Below are positions 35,735 to 46,519 of a stretch of 64,000 nucleotides of DNA, in pieces. The notes beneath the pieces are model-generated. The model ran no database searches and had not been told where the DNA came from. It was given only the letters and a program-made list of their open reading frames with translations. How positions within the stretch are numbered: the stretch's first letter is position 1; every line of letters starts with the position of its first letter. Source of the DNA: Candidatus Omnitrophota bacterium (GTDB lineage: Bacteria; Omnitrophota; Gorgyraeia; Tantalellales; Tantalellaceae); contig JBDRBY010000001.1 in NCBI GenBank assembly GCA_043822245.1, forward strand, positions 4,337-68,336, in the 5' to 3' direction. The translations under genes and the position numbers were made by a program.

Positions 35735-37198
35735 TTAGAAGCTTAATTTAACTGAACCTACAATATCTGTCGCAACATTGTTCTGGTCGGTGTCAAAATG
35801 ACTACCTGGAACAAACCAACCGGCTAAGAGGTCAAAAGACACATCTTCCGTGTAATCCCAAGTCAACTTAACATCAAATTCATCGCCCAGATTTGTCTGG
35901 CTATTTGTTGCGCTGTATCTTTCCGCCAGCCAGAAGTGGCCATACGTAGCATCAATCTTCAAATTGTCCATCGGTTCTAAACAACCTTTGACTAGAAGCT
36001 GATGCTGGTTTGTCGTTGCAGGTGAACTTGTTGTGGCGGTTCCGTAGTACACATTCTGGAACTCTCTAATCGCCGTATCAAATTTTCCTCTATACATTGG
36101 ATCCCATCCTGAGTAGTGGCCGGTATCAGACGCGGATTCATCTATTTGATCCAAATTCTTTTCGCCGGAATAATAGATGTACTCCATTCCTACAACAGGC
36201 TTCCACTCGAAATTGTCCTGCCAATAACGGCACTCAACCATAGCGTCAAGCGCAATAGCCGCTCTTGGCTTCTCATGAATCTGGCTCGCGGCACCGATAT
36301 AGTTGCCAAGCTGTGTGGCGCATTCAAGAGCCATTGTCCAATCTTCAAGAGGATCAAAACTACCTCTCAATCCAAGCACATGAATGTCGTTCGAATTCTG
36401 CCCGCCAACAACGGTAACAACCTGCGCGGCATCATAAGCATTGCCGGAAAATTTCTGCTGTCTATACCACCAATAAGCTTCAGCTTCCGCGTTGTACTTG
36501 TCAAACGCGTATCCGACGTTTACACCCCAAAGATTAACATCATCATCCGCTCTTCTGCCATTTTCAGCTATCTTTGAATAAACCGCGTCGATTGTCCACG
36601 GCGCGTAATCCAAGGTCGCCCTAACGGCGTCAAAAGAATTAATCGCTGTGTATTCCTTCGCGTACAACGCCGCGTTCGGATCCTGCTGTTGGGCGCCGAC
36701 GATAAACCCTTTACCAAACCAAATGTCCTGTCGTCCAATCTTCAACGTTAAAGGAGAATACAGGAACTCTTTCAGTTCGATATACGCCAAGTCAACCAAC
36801 ACATCGAACGCTGAATTGTTGGCACTCGGGTCAACCGCTACCGCGGTAAACCGATCTCTGTAGGGTACACCAATTGTCCCTGTTTCACTAGCCGCACTTT
36901 CATATTCCCCATTTCCCCATACTCTCTGGTTAACCAATCTGACGCATCCAGCAACGTTGTCGGTAAGATCAGCGTCTACCTGCATCTCGGTGGTGCTCAT
37001 GAGATGGGTCGCGTAGTTGCTGGTTACCATACCGTCATTCGCAACCGGAGCGGCATCTTTATCCAGATTGTAAGAACCTCTCGCGAAGGCGCGAAGCGCG
37101 ATATCACCGCTTATCTTCACGCTCTGCGTCTCGGCGTACGCGATAGTCGATACAGCGCACACAAGCATCGCAACACACATAACCTTAAATAACTTCAT
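35735..37198 (-). CDS. Outer-membrane beta-barrel protein (alginate export family-like porin)
   Basis: Signal peptide (AYA-E), LAYIELKE...LTLKIGRQDI.FG.GF, LGDEFD, C-terminal VKLSF beta-signal. Confidence 0.85.
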   Translation of the reverse strand: MKLFKVMCVAMLVCAVSTIAYAETQSVKISGDIALRAFARGSYNLDKDAAPVANDGMVTSNYATHLMSTTEMQVDADLTDNVAGCVRLVNQRVWGNGEYESAASETGTIGVPYRDRFTAVAVDPSANNSAFDVLVDLAYIELKEFLYSPLTLKIGRQDIWFGKGFIVGAQQQDPNAALYAKEYTAINSFDAVRATLDYAPWTIDAVYSKIAENGRRADDDVNLWGVNVGYAFDKYNAEAEAYWWYRQQKFSGNAYDAAQVVTVVGGQNSNDIHVLGLRGSFDPLEDWTMALECATQLGNYIGAASQIHEKPRAAIALDAMVECRYWQDNFEWKPVVGMEYIYYSGEKNLDQIDESASDTGHYSGWDPMYRGKFDTAIREFQNVYYGTATTSSPATTNQHQLLVKGCLEPMDNLKIDATYGHFWLAERYSATNSQTNLGDEFDVKLTWDYTEDVSFDLLAGWFVPGSHFDTDQNNVATDIVGSVKLSF

Positions 37199-37420
37199 TT
37201 TACCTCCTCAAAGGTAATTGCATCAAACAGCTCAAAGCTGTCTCTTTGAAACATTTATTAAAGAGCAAACATTGTGTCTGCACTTATTTTTTATATGAGT
37301 ATCGCCGATAAGTTTGCAGTTTCAGGCTATTCTCCACGTGAAAATTATTTCCTCCCCCCTTTCTTTGCCAGAATCGAAACTACTTTGGCGGTACAGGTCT
37401 CTCTCACCAATGTTATGTGA

Positions 37421-37448
37421 AGTATAACACGAAACACGACTTAGTCAA
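37421..37448 (-). promoter_or_regulatory. Sigma70 promoter candidate for the porin gene
   Basis: TTGACT-N16-TATACT. Confidence 0.6.
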
Positions 37449-37610
37449 GAGTGAAAAGTAGAAAAAAATAATGTTAGGTCAAAAAAAATTTTACTTAGAT
37501 CTGAGTGAAAGGATAGGTATCCGTTTGGCGGCGAATCGTTCCAGTGCTCGAACACAGCCATCCGCCTCTTTTGCTGCTCTGCGAGAAGTTATACCAACTC
37601 TAAAAATTAA

Positions 37611-37708
37611 ATGCCCACAATTTTCCACCACTTTGGAAAAGAGGGTAGGGGAATTTTTTGTAAATCCGGAATAAAATCTCCCATATCCCCTCTTTGTCAA
37701 AGAGGGGT
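37611..37708. repeat. Degenerate CCCCTCTTT..AAAGAGGGG-family repeats
   Basis: CCACCACTTTGGAAAAGAGGGTAGGGG and CCCCTCTTTGTCAAAGAGGGG. Confidence 0.6.
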
Positions 37709-37778
37709 AAGACATAGGAATGGTTGTTTCTTGGTAGGATAGTCGCGAATATCCATTTATTTTCTGTAATTGGTATTA

Positions 37779-38429
37779 CTATCCTTTTGCCACACGTACT
37801 ATTTCAACAGAATTATCTATGATTGAGGAATGAATTTTTTCAGAATCGGTAAGTGACAATAACAGTTTTTTGTAACTCTCGCGCGTAAAAAGGTCACCTG
37901 GCGCGTGCGAGTCAGTATTGACAACCATTTTAGCTCCTGTTTTACTCGCCATATCAAAGACATGTTTGTTACCGTCCCGATGCCCTCCGCGGGCTGTAAT
38001 CTCAAGATAAACTCCTTTTTCAGCCGCCAAACACGCGTCATGTTCAAGAATAAATCCCGGATGCGCCAGGATATCAACTCTAGCGTTTATTGCCGCGTTA
38101 TTTGTGCCCGTCAAAACCGGCTCAGCCGGCGACTCCCCGTGCGCGACAACTATTTTAGCACCTTTTTTTCGCGCGTAGCGCGTAAGTTCGCCAAAAAGCT
38201 CCAATGGCGCGTGAGTTATCTCAACCCCGGGTATCACTAAGACATCCCAGTACTTGTTTAACTTCTTGGAAACTTTTATAAGCCCTGAAAGCACCGCGTC
38301 AATGTTCGAATGATCAACATGATCGGTAATCGCGATTGCCTCGTAACCGGAAACCTTCGCGCGCCGTACGAGTTCACTGGGCAGAAGTACTCCGTCGCTC
38401 AAAATTGTGTGAGTGTGCAGGTCTATCAT
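37779..38429 (-). CDS. PHP-domain phosphoesterase (histidinol-phosphatase-like)
   Basis: MIDLHTHTILSDG, AITDH, GVEITH, AHGE, LAHPG, NTDSH; ATG 38429 after GGAGG. Confidence 0.92.
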   Translation of the reverse strand: MIDLHTHTILSDGVLLPSELVRRAKVSGYEAIAITDHVDHSNIDAVLSGLIKVSKKLNKYWDVLVIPGVEITHAPLELFGELTRYARKKGAKIVVAHGESPAEPVLTGTNNAAINARVDILAHPGFILEHDACLAAEKGVYLEITARGGHRDGNKHVFDMASKTGAKMVVNTDSHAPGDLFTRESYKKLLLSLTDSEKIHSSIIDNSVEIVRVAKG

Positions 38430-38491
38430 TTTTCCTCCTAAATAGGTCATCTGTTGTACATTCTTTTTCGCTCATGGGTAAGCATAGGTAT

Positions 38492-38602
38492 AAAATCCCC
38501 CTAACCCCCTTTTTCAAAGGGGGGAAAGTTGTAATTGTTTACCATCTTTTTCAAATTGGGGAAAGTTGTAATTGTTTACCATCTTTTTTGAAGGGGGGAA
38601 AT
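38492..38602. repeat. Tandem CCCTTTTTCAAAGGGGGG-family units (about 37-bp period, x3)
   Basis: GGGGAAAGTTGTAATTGTTTACCATCTTTTT is repeated; overlaps the end of the CDS at 38576-39214. Confidence 0.85.
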
Positions 38603-39214
38603 TTCGTCACCATTTTCTCTTAAATCACTGAGCCATTTATTAAACATCATGGAAAAACGAAAAAGTTTCAGCTTTTCCGGAAAATCATACACCTCCTCAG
38701 CTCGCCCTTCGCTCAAGCTCTCAACTCTTCGCCCGAGACGCTGTGATACCTTTAACGGCATCACAGCGTTCAGCATAGAACTTTTCCCATCCCAACGATC
38801 GTTAATTGGAAAACCTGCGGTTTTTAGCGCCCGATCCCATGTCGCGTCTATGAGTATCCATCTATTGACAATGTATGCTTCACACGCGAAATGATATGTT
38901 ACAGGCAGTTTTTCTGCCGCGGCTTTTAACGAATCAGAAGATATCGCTTTAAGTTCACTCCATCTAAAAGGATAGGAGCAATACTTCACCGGAATGCCTA
39001 ATTCCTTAAACATCACGCCTAAGAGGTAGTGTTTGGAAACACAAAATCCTTTGTTCTTTTTTATCATGGCCTCAGAGCTTTTTTCATTATCGAAAAGCTT
39101 TAAGTCTATCGCGTAAGGGATGTCTCTAATGTGCTCAAAAACACTTACGCGCGCTCTGTCCGTGGCCTCCCCTTTTGTCCATTCCCTGAATGTTTCCTTT
39201 ATAATTCCTTCCAT
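38576..39214 (-). CDS. Transglutaminase-like superfamily protein
   Basis: IRDIPY, GFCVSKHYLL (Cys), YHFAC (His), WILIDATWD (Asp). Confidence 0.7.
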   Translation of the reverse strand: MEGIIKETFREWTKGEATDRARVSVFEHIRDIPYAIDLKLFDNEKSSEAMIKKNKGFCVSKHYLLGVMFKELGIPVKYCSYPFRWSELKAISSDSLKAAAEKLPVTYHFACEAYIVNRWILIDATWDRALKTAGFPINDRWDGKSSMLNAVMPLKVSQRLGRRVESLSEGRAEEVYDFPEKLKLFRFSMMFNKWLSDLRENGDEISPLQKRW

Positions 39215-40413
39215 AAAAAAACCTTGTCTTTCGGCTTAACCTCAAAATCCAGTTTAATTCCCGCGGTTTCGCCTTTGTTAATAACACGCACAGGTTTGTG
39301 GTCTATCTCAATTTCCTTAATCCTTGAAAAACACGCGGCTGTCTTTTTGCCTGTTATCAAAATCATTTGTCCGGATTCTAATTTTCCAGCTGACATTAAA
39401 ACTTCCGCGACAGCCAATTTTTTATAAAACTTTTTTATTTCGCCTAAATAAATTTTTTCATATTTTTTAGCGGGCGGTTCACCTAAATCCAACGGTTGTT
39501 TGAAATAAAACCCGTCAGTAAAACCTCTGTTGAAAGTAAATCCAAGCTGTTTAAACAGTTCTTTTTTTAACTTTGAATCCAGTTTTTTCTCAAAAAAAGC
39601 GTCTATCGCTTTTCTGTAAACAGAAGTAACTCTGCTCACGTATTCCGGCGGACGCATCCGGCCTTCTATCTTAAAAGCGTTGATTCCCGCCTCGATTAAC
39701 TTATCGATAAAACCAACCGTACAAAGATCCTTGGTGCTCAGGATATAATCCTCCGCTAATAAATACTCACATTCTTTGTCCTTGTCGGTAATTACAAACT
39801 GCCTCCTGCACGGCTGGATACACTCACCACGATTAGCGGATTTATTAAACGAATATTGGGAAAGCAGGCATCTGCCTGATACGCTTAAACACATCGCGCC
39901 ATGAATAAAAACTTCAATACCACATTTTAGTTTTTCTCCGCGGATTCCGAGAATGATCTTTCTTATATCTGATAGTCCGCATTCTCTGGCAAGAACAAGC
40001 CTTTCCACGCCAAGCCGGCAATAAACTTTTAAAGCTTCTAAATTCGAAACACTAGCCTGAGTTGACAAATGCGCTTTTATCCCCAACTCTTTCGCCGCGG
40101 ACAAAACCGCCATATCCCACAATATTACCGCGTCAATACCGGCTTTTGACGCTTTTTCCAATATCGTTTTTACCTTGTCCAACTCATCGTTATAAACCAG
40201 AACGTTTAAAGCCAAATAACTCTTTTTGCCTTCTCCGTGGAGATATTCTGCAATCTTTTTCATCTCAAGCGCGTCAAAGTTACGCGCGCCGTAGCGCATA
40301 TTCATGCCCTTAACTCCGAAATAAACCGCATCAGCTCCGGCCTCTGCCGCGCTGTACAACGACGCCCAATCCCCCGCGGGCGCGACTAATTCTGGTTTCT
40401 TGAATTTGGTCAT
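39199..40413 (-). CDS. Peptidase U32 family protein (TrhP/RlhA-like hydroxylation protein)
   Basis: PELVAPAG, GADAVYFG, HLSTQAS, VLARE, HGAMCLSVSGRC...NRGECIQPCR, KIEGR; ATG 40413 overlaps the upstream stop. Confidence 0.92.
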   Translation of the reverse strand: MTKFKKPELVAPAGDWASLYSAAEAGADAVYFGVKGMNMRYGARNFDALEMKKIAEYLHGEGKKSYLALNVLVYNDELDKVKTILEKASKAGIDAVILWDMAVLSAAKELGIKAHLSTQASVSNLEALKVYCRLGVERLVLARECGLSDIRKIILGIRGEKLKCGIEVFIHGAMCLSVSGRCLLSQYSFNKSANRGECIQPCRRQFVITDKDKECEYLLAEDYILSTKDLCTVGFIDKLIEAGINAFKIEGRMRPPEYVSRVTSVYRKAIDAFFEKKLDSKLKKELFKQLGFTFNRGFTDGFYFKQPLDLGEPPAKKYEKIYLGEIKKFYKKLAVAEVLMSAGKLESGQMILITGKKTAACFSRIKEIEIDHKPVRVINKGETAGIKLDFEVKPKDKVFLWKEL

Positions 40414-41222
40414 CCTTTTGACTTGGCCCTGCAGAGCGCCTCTTCCGCTTCTCTTAAGAGGATGTAAGGCTCGTCTGACTGTATTAGGCGGCCTATGCCA
40501 ATTTTCTCGCATATATTTTCCGTGGCAACATAGTTTTTGAGGTCGTCATTTTTTTCTGATGTGTACAAAACTATAGCGCTGTTTTTTGTTCCCACCGTTT
40601 GTTTTAGTTTAGCGGCAATTATGTCACCCGGCAGATCATCTAATCCCAGCCGAATCATTATTAAATCCGGGATTTCCGTGGCTACACGCTCAAACGCCGC
40701 CATACCGTTTTTCGCGGAACTTACAACATATCCGGCGTTTAGAAACGCGATCGCTAATTTATCTAGAGCGTATCCGTTATTTTCAATGATCAAAACTTTA
40801 TTCGGTCTTACCGCGATCATAGGTTTTTCAGTCACAGCCTGTCGCGCGCGTTTTGACATTATTGTGTCAACCTCTTTTAAGAGATCATCCAACTCAAAAG
40901 GCTTAGAAATAAAACCATCCACTTTAAGTTCTTTGAAAAGTTCTTCCAAATTTGCCCTTGCCGTTAGAATAAGAACCGGATACTTTGTTTTACCTGACGA
41001 ATCACATATGTTCTTATATAATTCAACCCCGCCCATCTGGGGCATATTCATATCCAAGATAATCAAATCGGGTTTAATAAATCTAAGTTTTTCCAAAGCC
41101 TCTACCCCATTGTAAGCGGCAACTACTTCAACATCTTTCTTCGCCTCAAGTTGAAACTTTAAAGCTTCAACAAAACCCGCCTCATCATCAACAATCAAAA
41201 TCACTTTTTTCTCATTAGCCAT
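40410..41222 (-). CDS. Response regulator with two receiver domains, the second degenerate
   Basis: ILIVDDE...ILDMNMP...LTA...SKPF; second domain VLIIENN...IMIRLGL. Confidence 0.88.
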   Translation of the reverse strand: MANEKKVILIVDDEAGFVEALKFQLEAKKDVEVVAAYNGVEALEKLRFIKPDLIILDMNMPQMGGVELYKNICDSSGKTKYPVLILTARANLEELFKELKVDGFISKPFELDDLLKEVDTIMSKRARQAVTEKPMIAVRPNKVLIIENNGYALDKLAIAFLNAGYVVSSAKNGMAAFERVATEIPDLIMIRLGLDDLPGDIIAAKLKQTVGTKNSAIVLYTSEKNDDLKNYVATENICEKIGIGRLIQSDEPYILLREAEEALCRAKSKG

Positions 41223-41249
41223 ATTTTCTCCCCCTGTGTTCGTCGTTCG

Positions 41250-42428
41250 TCATTCGTCGCTAGTTGCTCGTGGCTCGTTAAGCGGTAGGAGGAAACAAAA
41301 AGAACTGCCCAGTCCATCCGGACGGCTTTCCACCCAAATCCTACCGCCATGCTGCTCTAAAATTTCTTTACAGATTGCCAGGCCCAAACCTGTCCCCTTT
41401 GAACGTTTCGCGTTTTGACTGCCTATCTGCTGAAATTTAGAAAACAATTTTACCTTATCCGCCTCTCGAATGCCTACTCCCGTATCTTCCACACGCACTT
41501 CAACGTTATTCGCGTCCGGATTAACGCTAGAGGATACTGTTATCCCGCCCGTGGTTGTAAACTTTATCGCGTTGTTGATGAGGTTATTGAGCACCTGAAT
41601 AATCTTATCAGAATCGTAAACCACATTCGGCATATCTTTGGCTAACTCCATTTTAAGATACAGATTCTGTTTTTCCGCCACAGGTTTTTGCATTTCCGCG
41701 ACATCCGTAATCACTTTGTTAATGTCGCCTTTCTTCATGTCAAGCTCAGTTTTGCGTACTTCATATTTAGCAAGGCTCAAAAGATCAGCTATAAGCCGAG
41801 CCAGCCTATCAACATTGTCCTCTGCCTTCTTCAAAAAGTTCCTTTGTTTATCGGTAAGTTCCCCCGCGGTATTGCTCATCACAACATCCAGCATAAGCTT
41901 AATAGAAGCCAGAGGTGTGCCTAATTCATGAGACACTTTTGAACTAAATTCCCTCTGCAGCACGTACAAGCCCTGCAATTTTTCATTTAATTTCGCCAAT
42001 TCTTCGTTTTGTTTTTTTACCGACTCGTTAAGACGTTTATTTTCTTCGGATAAATCAAACCTGTTTATGGCCTCTCTAACACAATTTTTCAATTCACTAT
42101 CATCCCAGGGCTTTTCAATAAACCGATAAACCTCACCCAGATTAATCGCGTCTTCCGCGACTTTGATATCAGCATACCCTGTAAACAAAACACGCAGGGT
42201 GCCTGGATATTTTTCATTAACTTTTTTCAAAAATTCTATGCCCGAGATAAGCGGCATCTTTTGATCTGTTATCACTACTTTCACCTTATTTTTTTCCATC
42301 GCTTCTAACGCTTCCGCGTAAGAAGTAGTAACATACACGCCAAAAGCCTCATCTCTGAAAAGCCGTTTTAACGCCTTCAGTATATTCGTTTCATCGTCCA
42401 GAATCACCACGCTTATTTCTTTGGCCAT
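41250..42428 (-). CDS. Hybrid REC-HisKA-HATPase histidine kinase
   Basis: LDDE, ITDQKMP, EKPW; SHELGTPL, NLINNAIKF, DTGVGI, GTGLGLAI. Confidence 0.93.
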   Translation of the reverse strand: MAKEISVVILDDETNILKALKRLFRDEAFGVYVTTSYAEALEAMEKNKVKVVITDQKMPLISGIEFLKKVNEKYPGTLRVLFTGYADIKVAEDAINLGEVYRFIEKPWDDSELKNCVREAINRFDLSEENKRLNESVKKQNEELAKLNEKLQGLYVLQREFSSKVSHELGTPLASIKLMLDVVMSNTAGELTDKQRNFLKKAEDNVDRLARLIADLLSLAKYEVRKTELDMKKGDINKVITDVAEMQKPVAEKQNLYLKMELAKDMPNVVYDSDKIIQVLNNLINNAIKFTTTGGITVSSSVNPDANNVEVRVEDTGVGIREADKVKLFSKFQQIGSQNAKRSKGTGLGLAICKEILEQHGGRIWVESRPDGLGSSFCFLLPLNEPRATSDE

Positions 42429-42465
42429 GTTACTCCCTCTGTTAAAAAAAAATTAAAATGTAAAA

Positions 42466-44415
42466 TTAAACCGGCAGACAAACTGTAAATTTCGCGCCTT
42501 TTCCTATTTCACTTTCGACATCAATCTTCCCGTTATGCTTTCTTACTATGTCATAACTAATACTCAGGCCAAGCCCAGTACCTTTATCTTTTTCTTTTGT
42601 CGTAAAAAACGGATCAAATATTTTTGTCAAATATTCCTGCCGGATCCCTCCTCCAGTATCGGATATTTCAACGCACACCTGTTTTTCTCTTAGACAAGTC
42701 CTGAGGGTAATAGTCCCCTTCTCTTCTATGGCCTGCGCGGCGTTTAAAATCAAATTAACAAAAACCTGTCCCATCTGCTGCGCGCTACAGTTAACTAAAG
42801 GAATCTTCCCGTAGTCTTTCTTTAGTTCGGCTTTATATTTTATTTCATTCCACACAACGCCTAAAATTCCTTCCACAATTTCATTCAAATCAGAAGGAGT
42901 CATAACCCCCTCATCTCTTCGGGAAAAACTCTTCAAATCTTTAACTATCTTGCTTATTCGGTCAACACCATCCTTCGTCTCTCCAATAAGGTTGTTAATG
43001 TCTTTTACCATAAAATCGGATTCTGTTTTTCCCGCTATCTCGAAAAGCTTATTTTTATACTCTTCAAACGTGTTCAAATTGCTTTTTATAAACCCTATTG
43101 GATTGTTAATTTCATGCGCTATCCCCGCGGCAAGTTGTCCAATAGAAGCAAGTTTTTCTGATTGAACCAGTTGGCTTTGCGCGTCTTTTAAGCTCTCGTG
43201 AGATTTTTTAAGGTCATCCAGCATACTTTTAAGTTTCAATCTTCCCTCTTCGGATTCAATTTCCGCTTTCTTTCTGAGGGAAATATCCTGAAACGATTCC
43301 ACAACGCCCGTTATTTTACCATGCTCAATGAGGGGTGTGGCTGTTAAATGAAAATAACCTTTTCTTTTTACGTTTGAGATTTTGACCTCTTTTTCTATCT
43401 CCAGTTCAACCTTCTTCTCTCCTTTCAATATCCTCTCTATGGTACATAGCTTTGTATGGCAAATATTTCCGAAAAACTGATTGTAACACTTTTGCGTCCC
43501 TGAACACTTTCTTGGCACTCCCAACAGCTCCGCCATAGCGTTATTTACCGCTACAACATTAAAATCCAAATCAACAATACGCATGGCATCACCGGCGCTG
43601 TCAAAAACATTATTCATGTAATCCCTCGAAACCATAGTCTCTTTCAAATTTTCACTCATGAGTTTGAAAGTCTCCGCCAATTTGCCGATTTCATCGTTTT
43701 TGAAAGCGAAATCTATTTTCGCGTCTAAATTTCCTCTTCCTATTTCAGAAGCGGCTTTTTCCAATCGAGTAAGCGGCAGATATACTATGCGTGAAATAAA
43801 TAGCCCTACACCTATGGCAAAAAATAAAGCGATGAAACTTATTACAGTAATGACGGCCGTGGTTATATTTATCTGCTGTACAATCTTTGTCATCGCGGGT
43901 TTTACCCGCTTCTCCGTAACATATTCAATCATCGGCACCATTGCTTCTTCATGCGCGATTTCAAGAAACCTGTCGGCTTCTTTGTCCTTGCGCGTTATGA
44001 GAGTTTTTTCCGCGCCGTGATCAGAAAGATTGAAAGCGTCTTCTATCCCCATCTGATATTTTTGTAAATTCGCGTACAATTTCTCCGCTAAAGATGTCAT
44101 ATATTCTTTTACTTCTACAGGCTGTTTTTGGATATATTCATCCAGGTTTCTATACGCTTTTCCTGAACGCTCTTTAGCTTTCAAATATTCATTGTTACCC
44201 GTTTCGAAAAAGAGACAATGCTTCGCCGCTATCTCTTGATGTTCAAACATCTCCATCATCCGCCACGCGCTCTGTAATAAAAACACAGAGTCATATATCC
44301 GGTATTCAGCTATTTCACGCAGGCGACTGTTCTGAAAAATAACAAACGCTCCCATTATTCCTGACAGGAGCGCGATTCCTACGAAACCTATTACCAGTTT
44401 GCGGCTGATTTTCAT
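42466..44415 (-). CDS. Membrane sensor histidine kinase (periplasmic helical domain, HAMP, PAS, NtrB-type kinase)
   Basis: ATG 44415; DEIGKLA HAMP; [43 protein letters not shown]. Confidence 0.93.
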   Translation of the reverse strand: MKISRKLVIGFVGIALLSGIMGAFVIFQNSRLREIAEYRIYDSVFLLQSAWRMMEMFEHQEIAAKHCLFFETGNNEYLKAKERSGKAYRNLDEYIQKQPVEVKEYMTSLAEKLYANLQKYQMGIEDAFNLSDHGAEKTLITRKDKEADRFLEIAHEEAMVPMIEYVTEKRVKPAMTKIVQQINITTAVITVISFIALFFAIGVGLFISRIVYLPLTRLEKAASEIGRGNLDAKIDFAFKNDEIGKLAETFKLMSENLKETMVSRDYMNNVFDSAGDAMRIVDLDFNVVAVNNAMAELLGVPRKCSGTQKCYNQFFGNICHTKLCTIERILKGEKKVELEIEKEVKISNVKRKGYFHLTATPLIEHGKITGVVESFQDISLRKKAEIESEEGRLKLKSMLDDLKKSHESLKDAQSQLVQSEKLASIGQLAAGIAHEINNPIGFIKSNLNTFEEYKNKLFEIAGKTESDFMVKDINNLIGETKDGVDRISKIVKDLKSFSRRDEGVMTPSDLNEIVEGILGVVWNEIKYKAELKKDYGKIPLVNCSAQQMGQVFVNLILNAAQAIEEKGTITLRTCLREKQVCVEISDTGGGIRQEYLTKIFDPFFTTKEKDKGTGLGLSISYDIVRKHNGKIDVESEIGKGAKFTVCLPV

Positions 44416-44425
44416 TTTTACCTGA

Positions 44426-44839
44426 TCATGGCCTGCGTTCAGGCGACTTATTGACGGAAAAAGTTTTCTGTCCAAAAACTTCTCCGTTCGCGAAAATACG
44501 AAATTCGTATTTTCCCTGATGCTCAAACTTAAGCGCGGCCAAATTAAACACAAGGTCATGAATCGTGAGCGGACTTGTTATCTCTATGTCTTTAGGCATT
44601 TCGCCTTTGCCGATAATGCTGTTTGTTTCTAAGTCAACTAATTCAAGGCAAAATTTATATTTTCCATTCGCGTCGGTAAGCTTTATGTACACCGTAAGTG
44701 AGTGATGCACGCAAGGGAACATATGCGCGCTTATATTCTCAAACACACCAATCAAGCTCTTTTTATTTGTCCCAACTTCCGTAATAATCTTATCGCAGAC
44801 AAGCATCGCGTTTAATATCGGTTTTGACGCTTTTGACAT
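44426..44839 (-). CDS. Conserved hypothetical beta-sandwich protein (DUF6941-like)
   Basis: AMLVCD, KKSLIGVF, F...GKYEFRIFANGE. Confidence 0.7.
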   Translation of the reverse strand: MSKASKPILNAMLVCDKIITEVGTNKKSLIGVFENISAHMFPCVHHSLTVYIKLTDANGKYKFCLELVDLETNSIIGKGEMPKDIEITSPLTIHDLVFNLAALKFEHQGKYEFRIFANGEVFGQKTFSVNKSPERRP

Positions 44840-44855
44840 TTATGTTCCTTTCTTT

Positions 44856-45437
44856 TTATTTCAAAAACAGTTCCACTAATCCCTTTCGTATCATCATAAC
44901 GGCAAAGGCCGCCAAGAAAAGGCTTATTATCTTTGAGAGCGCCTTGGTACCTGTTTTTCCTACTAGTTTTATAATCCCCCCGGCAAAAGAAAATATTATA
45001 CCCGCTAACAAGACGTTGATAACAACTGACAATACAGTTAAATAAGGTCCATATTCTTCAACTAAAATAAGTGTCGCGGTCAAAACCGCGGGGCCAACTA
45101 TGAGCGGTGTCCCAAGCGGAACTATTCCCATTTCATCCAGCGGAACCCGCCGTTTTTTCCCCGGCGTTAAAACGTCCATTATCGCGATAACAAAAAGTAT
45201 ACTTCCGCCCGCGATTAAAAAATCTCCAATGGTTATCCCCACGCTACGGAAAACAAATTTTCCTAAAAAGATAAAACCCACCGCGAGACAAACAGCAACA
45301 CCCATCGACTGAAATATTATCCGTTTTCTCACATTCCCTTTTACCCCACTGGTAAAATTTATAAAAATAGGCAGAACACCTATCGCGTCAACCGCCACAA
45401 AAATCGGTATGAACACAAATAAAAAATTTTTGATCAT
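44856..45437 (-). CDS. MarC family membrane protein
   Basis: FVAVDAIGVLPIF, FLIAGG, IVPLGTPLIVGPA. Confidence 0.92.
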   Translation of the reverse strand: MIKNFLFVFIPIFVAVDAIGVLPIFINFTSGVKGNVRKRIIFQSMGVAVCLAVGFIFLGKFVFRSVGITIGDFLIAGGSILFVIAIMDVLTPGKKRRVPLDEMGIVPLGTPLIVGPAVLTATLILVEEYGPYLTVLSVVINVLLAGIIFSFAGGIIKLVGKTGTKALSKIISLFLAAFAVMMIRKGLVELFLK

Positions 45438-45492
45438 GTTTCTTCCTTATTTTCTATTCTACAGGAAACCATTCACTATCCACTATACACAA

Positions 45493-45566
<74 letters not shown>

Positions 45567-45654
45567 GAATAGAAAAGTGTATAGTGGATAGTTGTTAGTG
45601 AATGGTGAATAGTGACAGGGGTAAGACCATCCACTATTCACTAACCACTATTCA

Positions 45655-46518
45655 CTATCTATTGCTTTGTCGTGTTTTTTGACGGTTTTTTTTAATTCGA
45701 AGTTCGGACTCTTCTTCTTGTTCCTGCATCATTTTTCGCAACTTTACCATACACGCCGCTTCTATCTGCCTTACTCTTTCCCTGGTTATCCCAAAATTTT
45801 TCGCGGTGTCTCTCAGGGTATAAGAAATACCATCTTCTCCCAAACCAAAGCGAAGAGCAAGAATTTTCTTTTCTCTATCCGTCATTTTCTCCAACAAGCC
45901 GCTAATTCTCTCATGAAGAAGAAATTTGGAAAGTTCGTCGACAGAGTTGACAATATTCTCATCTTCAATGAGGTCCATAAATTCCGAATCTCCGGACTCT
46001 CCTATCGGCGCGTTTAAACTGGATATGCTTGAGGCCATCCGGCTAAGCTGGCGCACCCGCAGTACCGGCATTCTCATTTTTTTAGCAATATCACTCACTT
46101 GCGGAGTTCTTGCCATTTTCTGCAAGAGATGTTTCTTTACCTTATTAAACCTCATCAACATTTCCATTACATAAACCGGAATGCGGACTGTCTTTCCTTG
46201 GTTCGCGACCGCCCTCGTAATAAACTGTTTAATCCACCACGCCGCGTAAGTACTAAAACGGTACCCTTTATCAGGATCGAACTTGATCACAGCTTTCATC
46301 AAGCCTAAATTCCCCTCCTCTATTAGATCCAGCATAGGAACACCTAAATAACTGTATTTTTTGGCAATATTGATCACTAAACGAAGGTTGCTGTTGATCA
46401 TCCTCTGGCGGGCTTTTTTACTGCCTTTTTTAATCTTGTATGCCAGTTCTTTTTCTTCCACCGCCGTAAGAAGTGGCAGGTCGCGTATGTCCTTTAGATA
46501 AAGTTTTATCGCATCCAT
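45655..46518 (-). CDS. RNA polymerase sigma70 factor, RpoD/RpoS-like, lacking region 1.1
   Basis: DAIKLYLKDI, NLRLVINIAKKY, DLIEEGNLGL, GYRFSTYAAWWIKQ, TVRIPV, ITRERVRQIE. Confidence 0.95.
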   Translation of the reverse strand: MDAIKLYLKDIRDLPLLTAVEEKELAYKIKKGSKKARQRMINSNLRLVINIAKKYSYLGVPMLDLIEEGNLGLMKAVIKFDPDKGYRFSTYAAWWIKQFITRAVANQGKTVRIPVYVMEMLMRFNKVKKHLLQKMARTPQVSDIAKKMRMPVLRVRQLSRMASSISSLNAPIGESGDSEFMDLIEDENIVNSVDELSKFLLHERISGLLEKMTDREKKILALRFGLGEDGISYTLRDTAKNFGITRERVRQIEAACMVKLRKMMQEQEEESELRIKKNRQKTRQSNR

Positions 46519-46519
46519 A

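Noticed and set aside
37471-37715. Short ORFs 37471-37674 and 37491-37715
   Set aside because: They are largely made of palindromic repeat sequence and have no recognisable domain.
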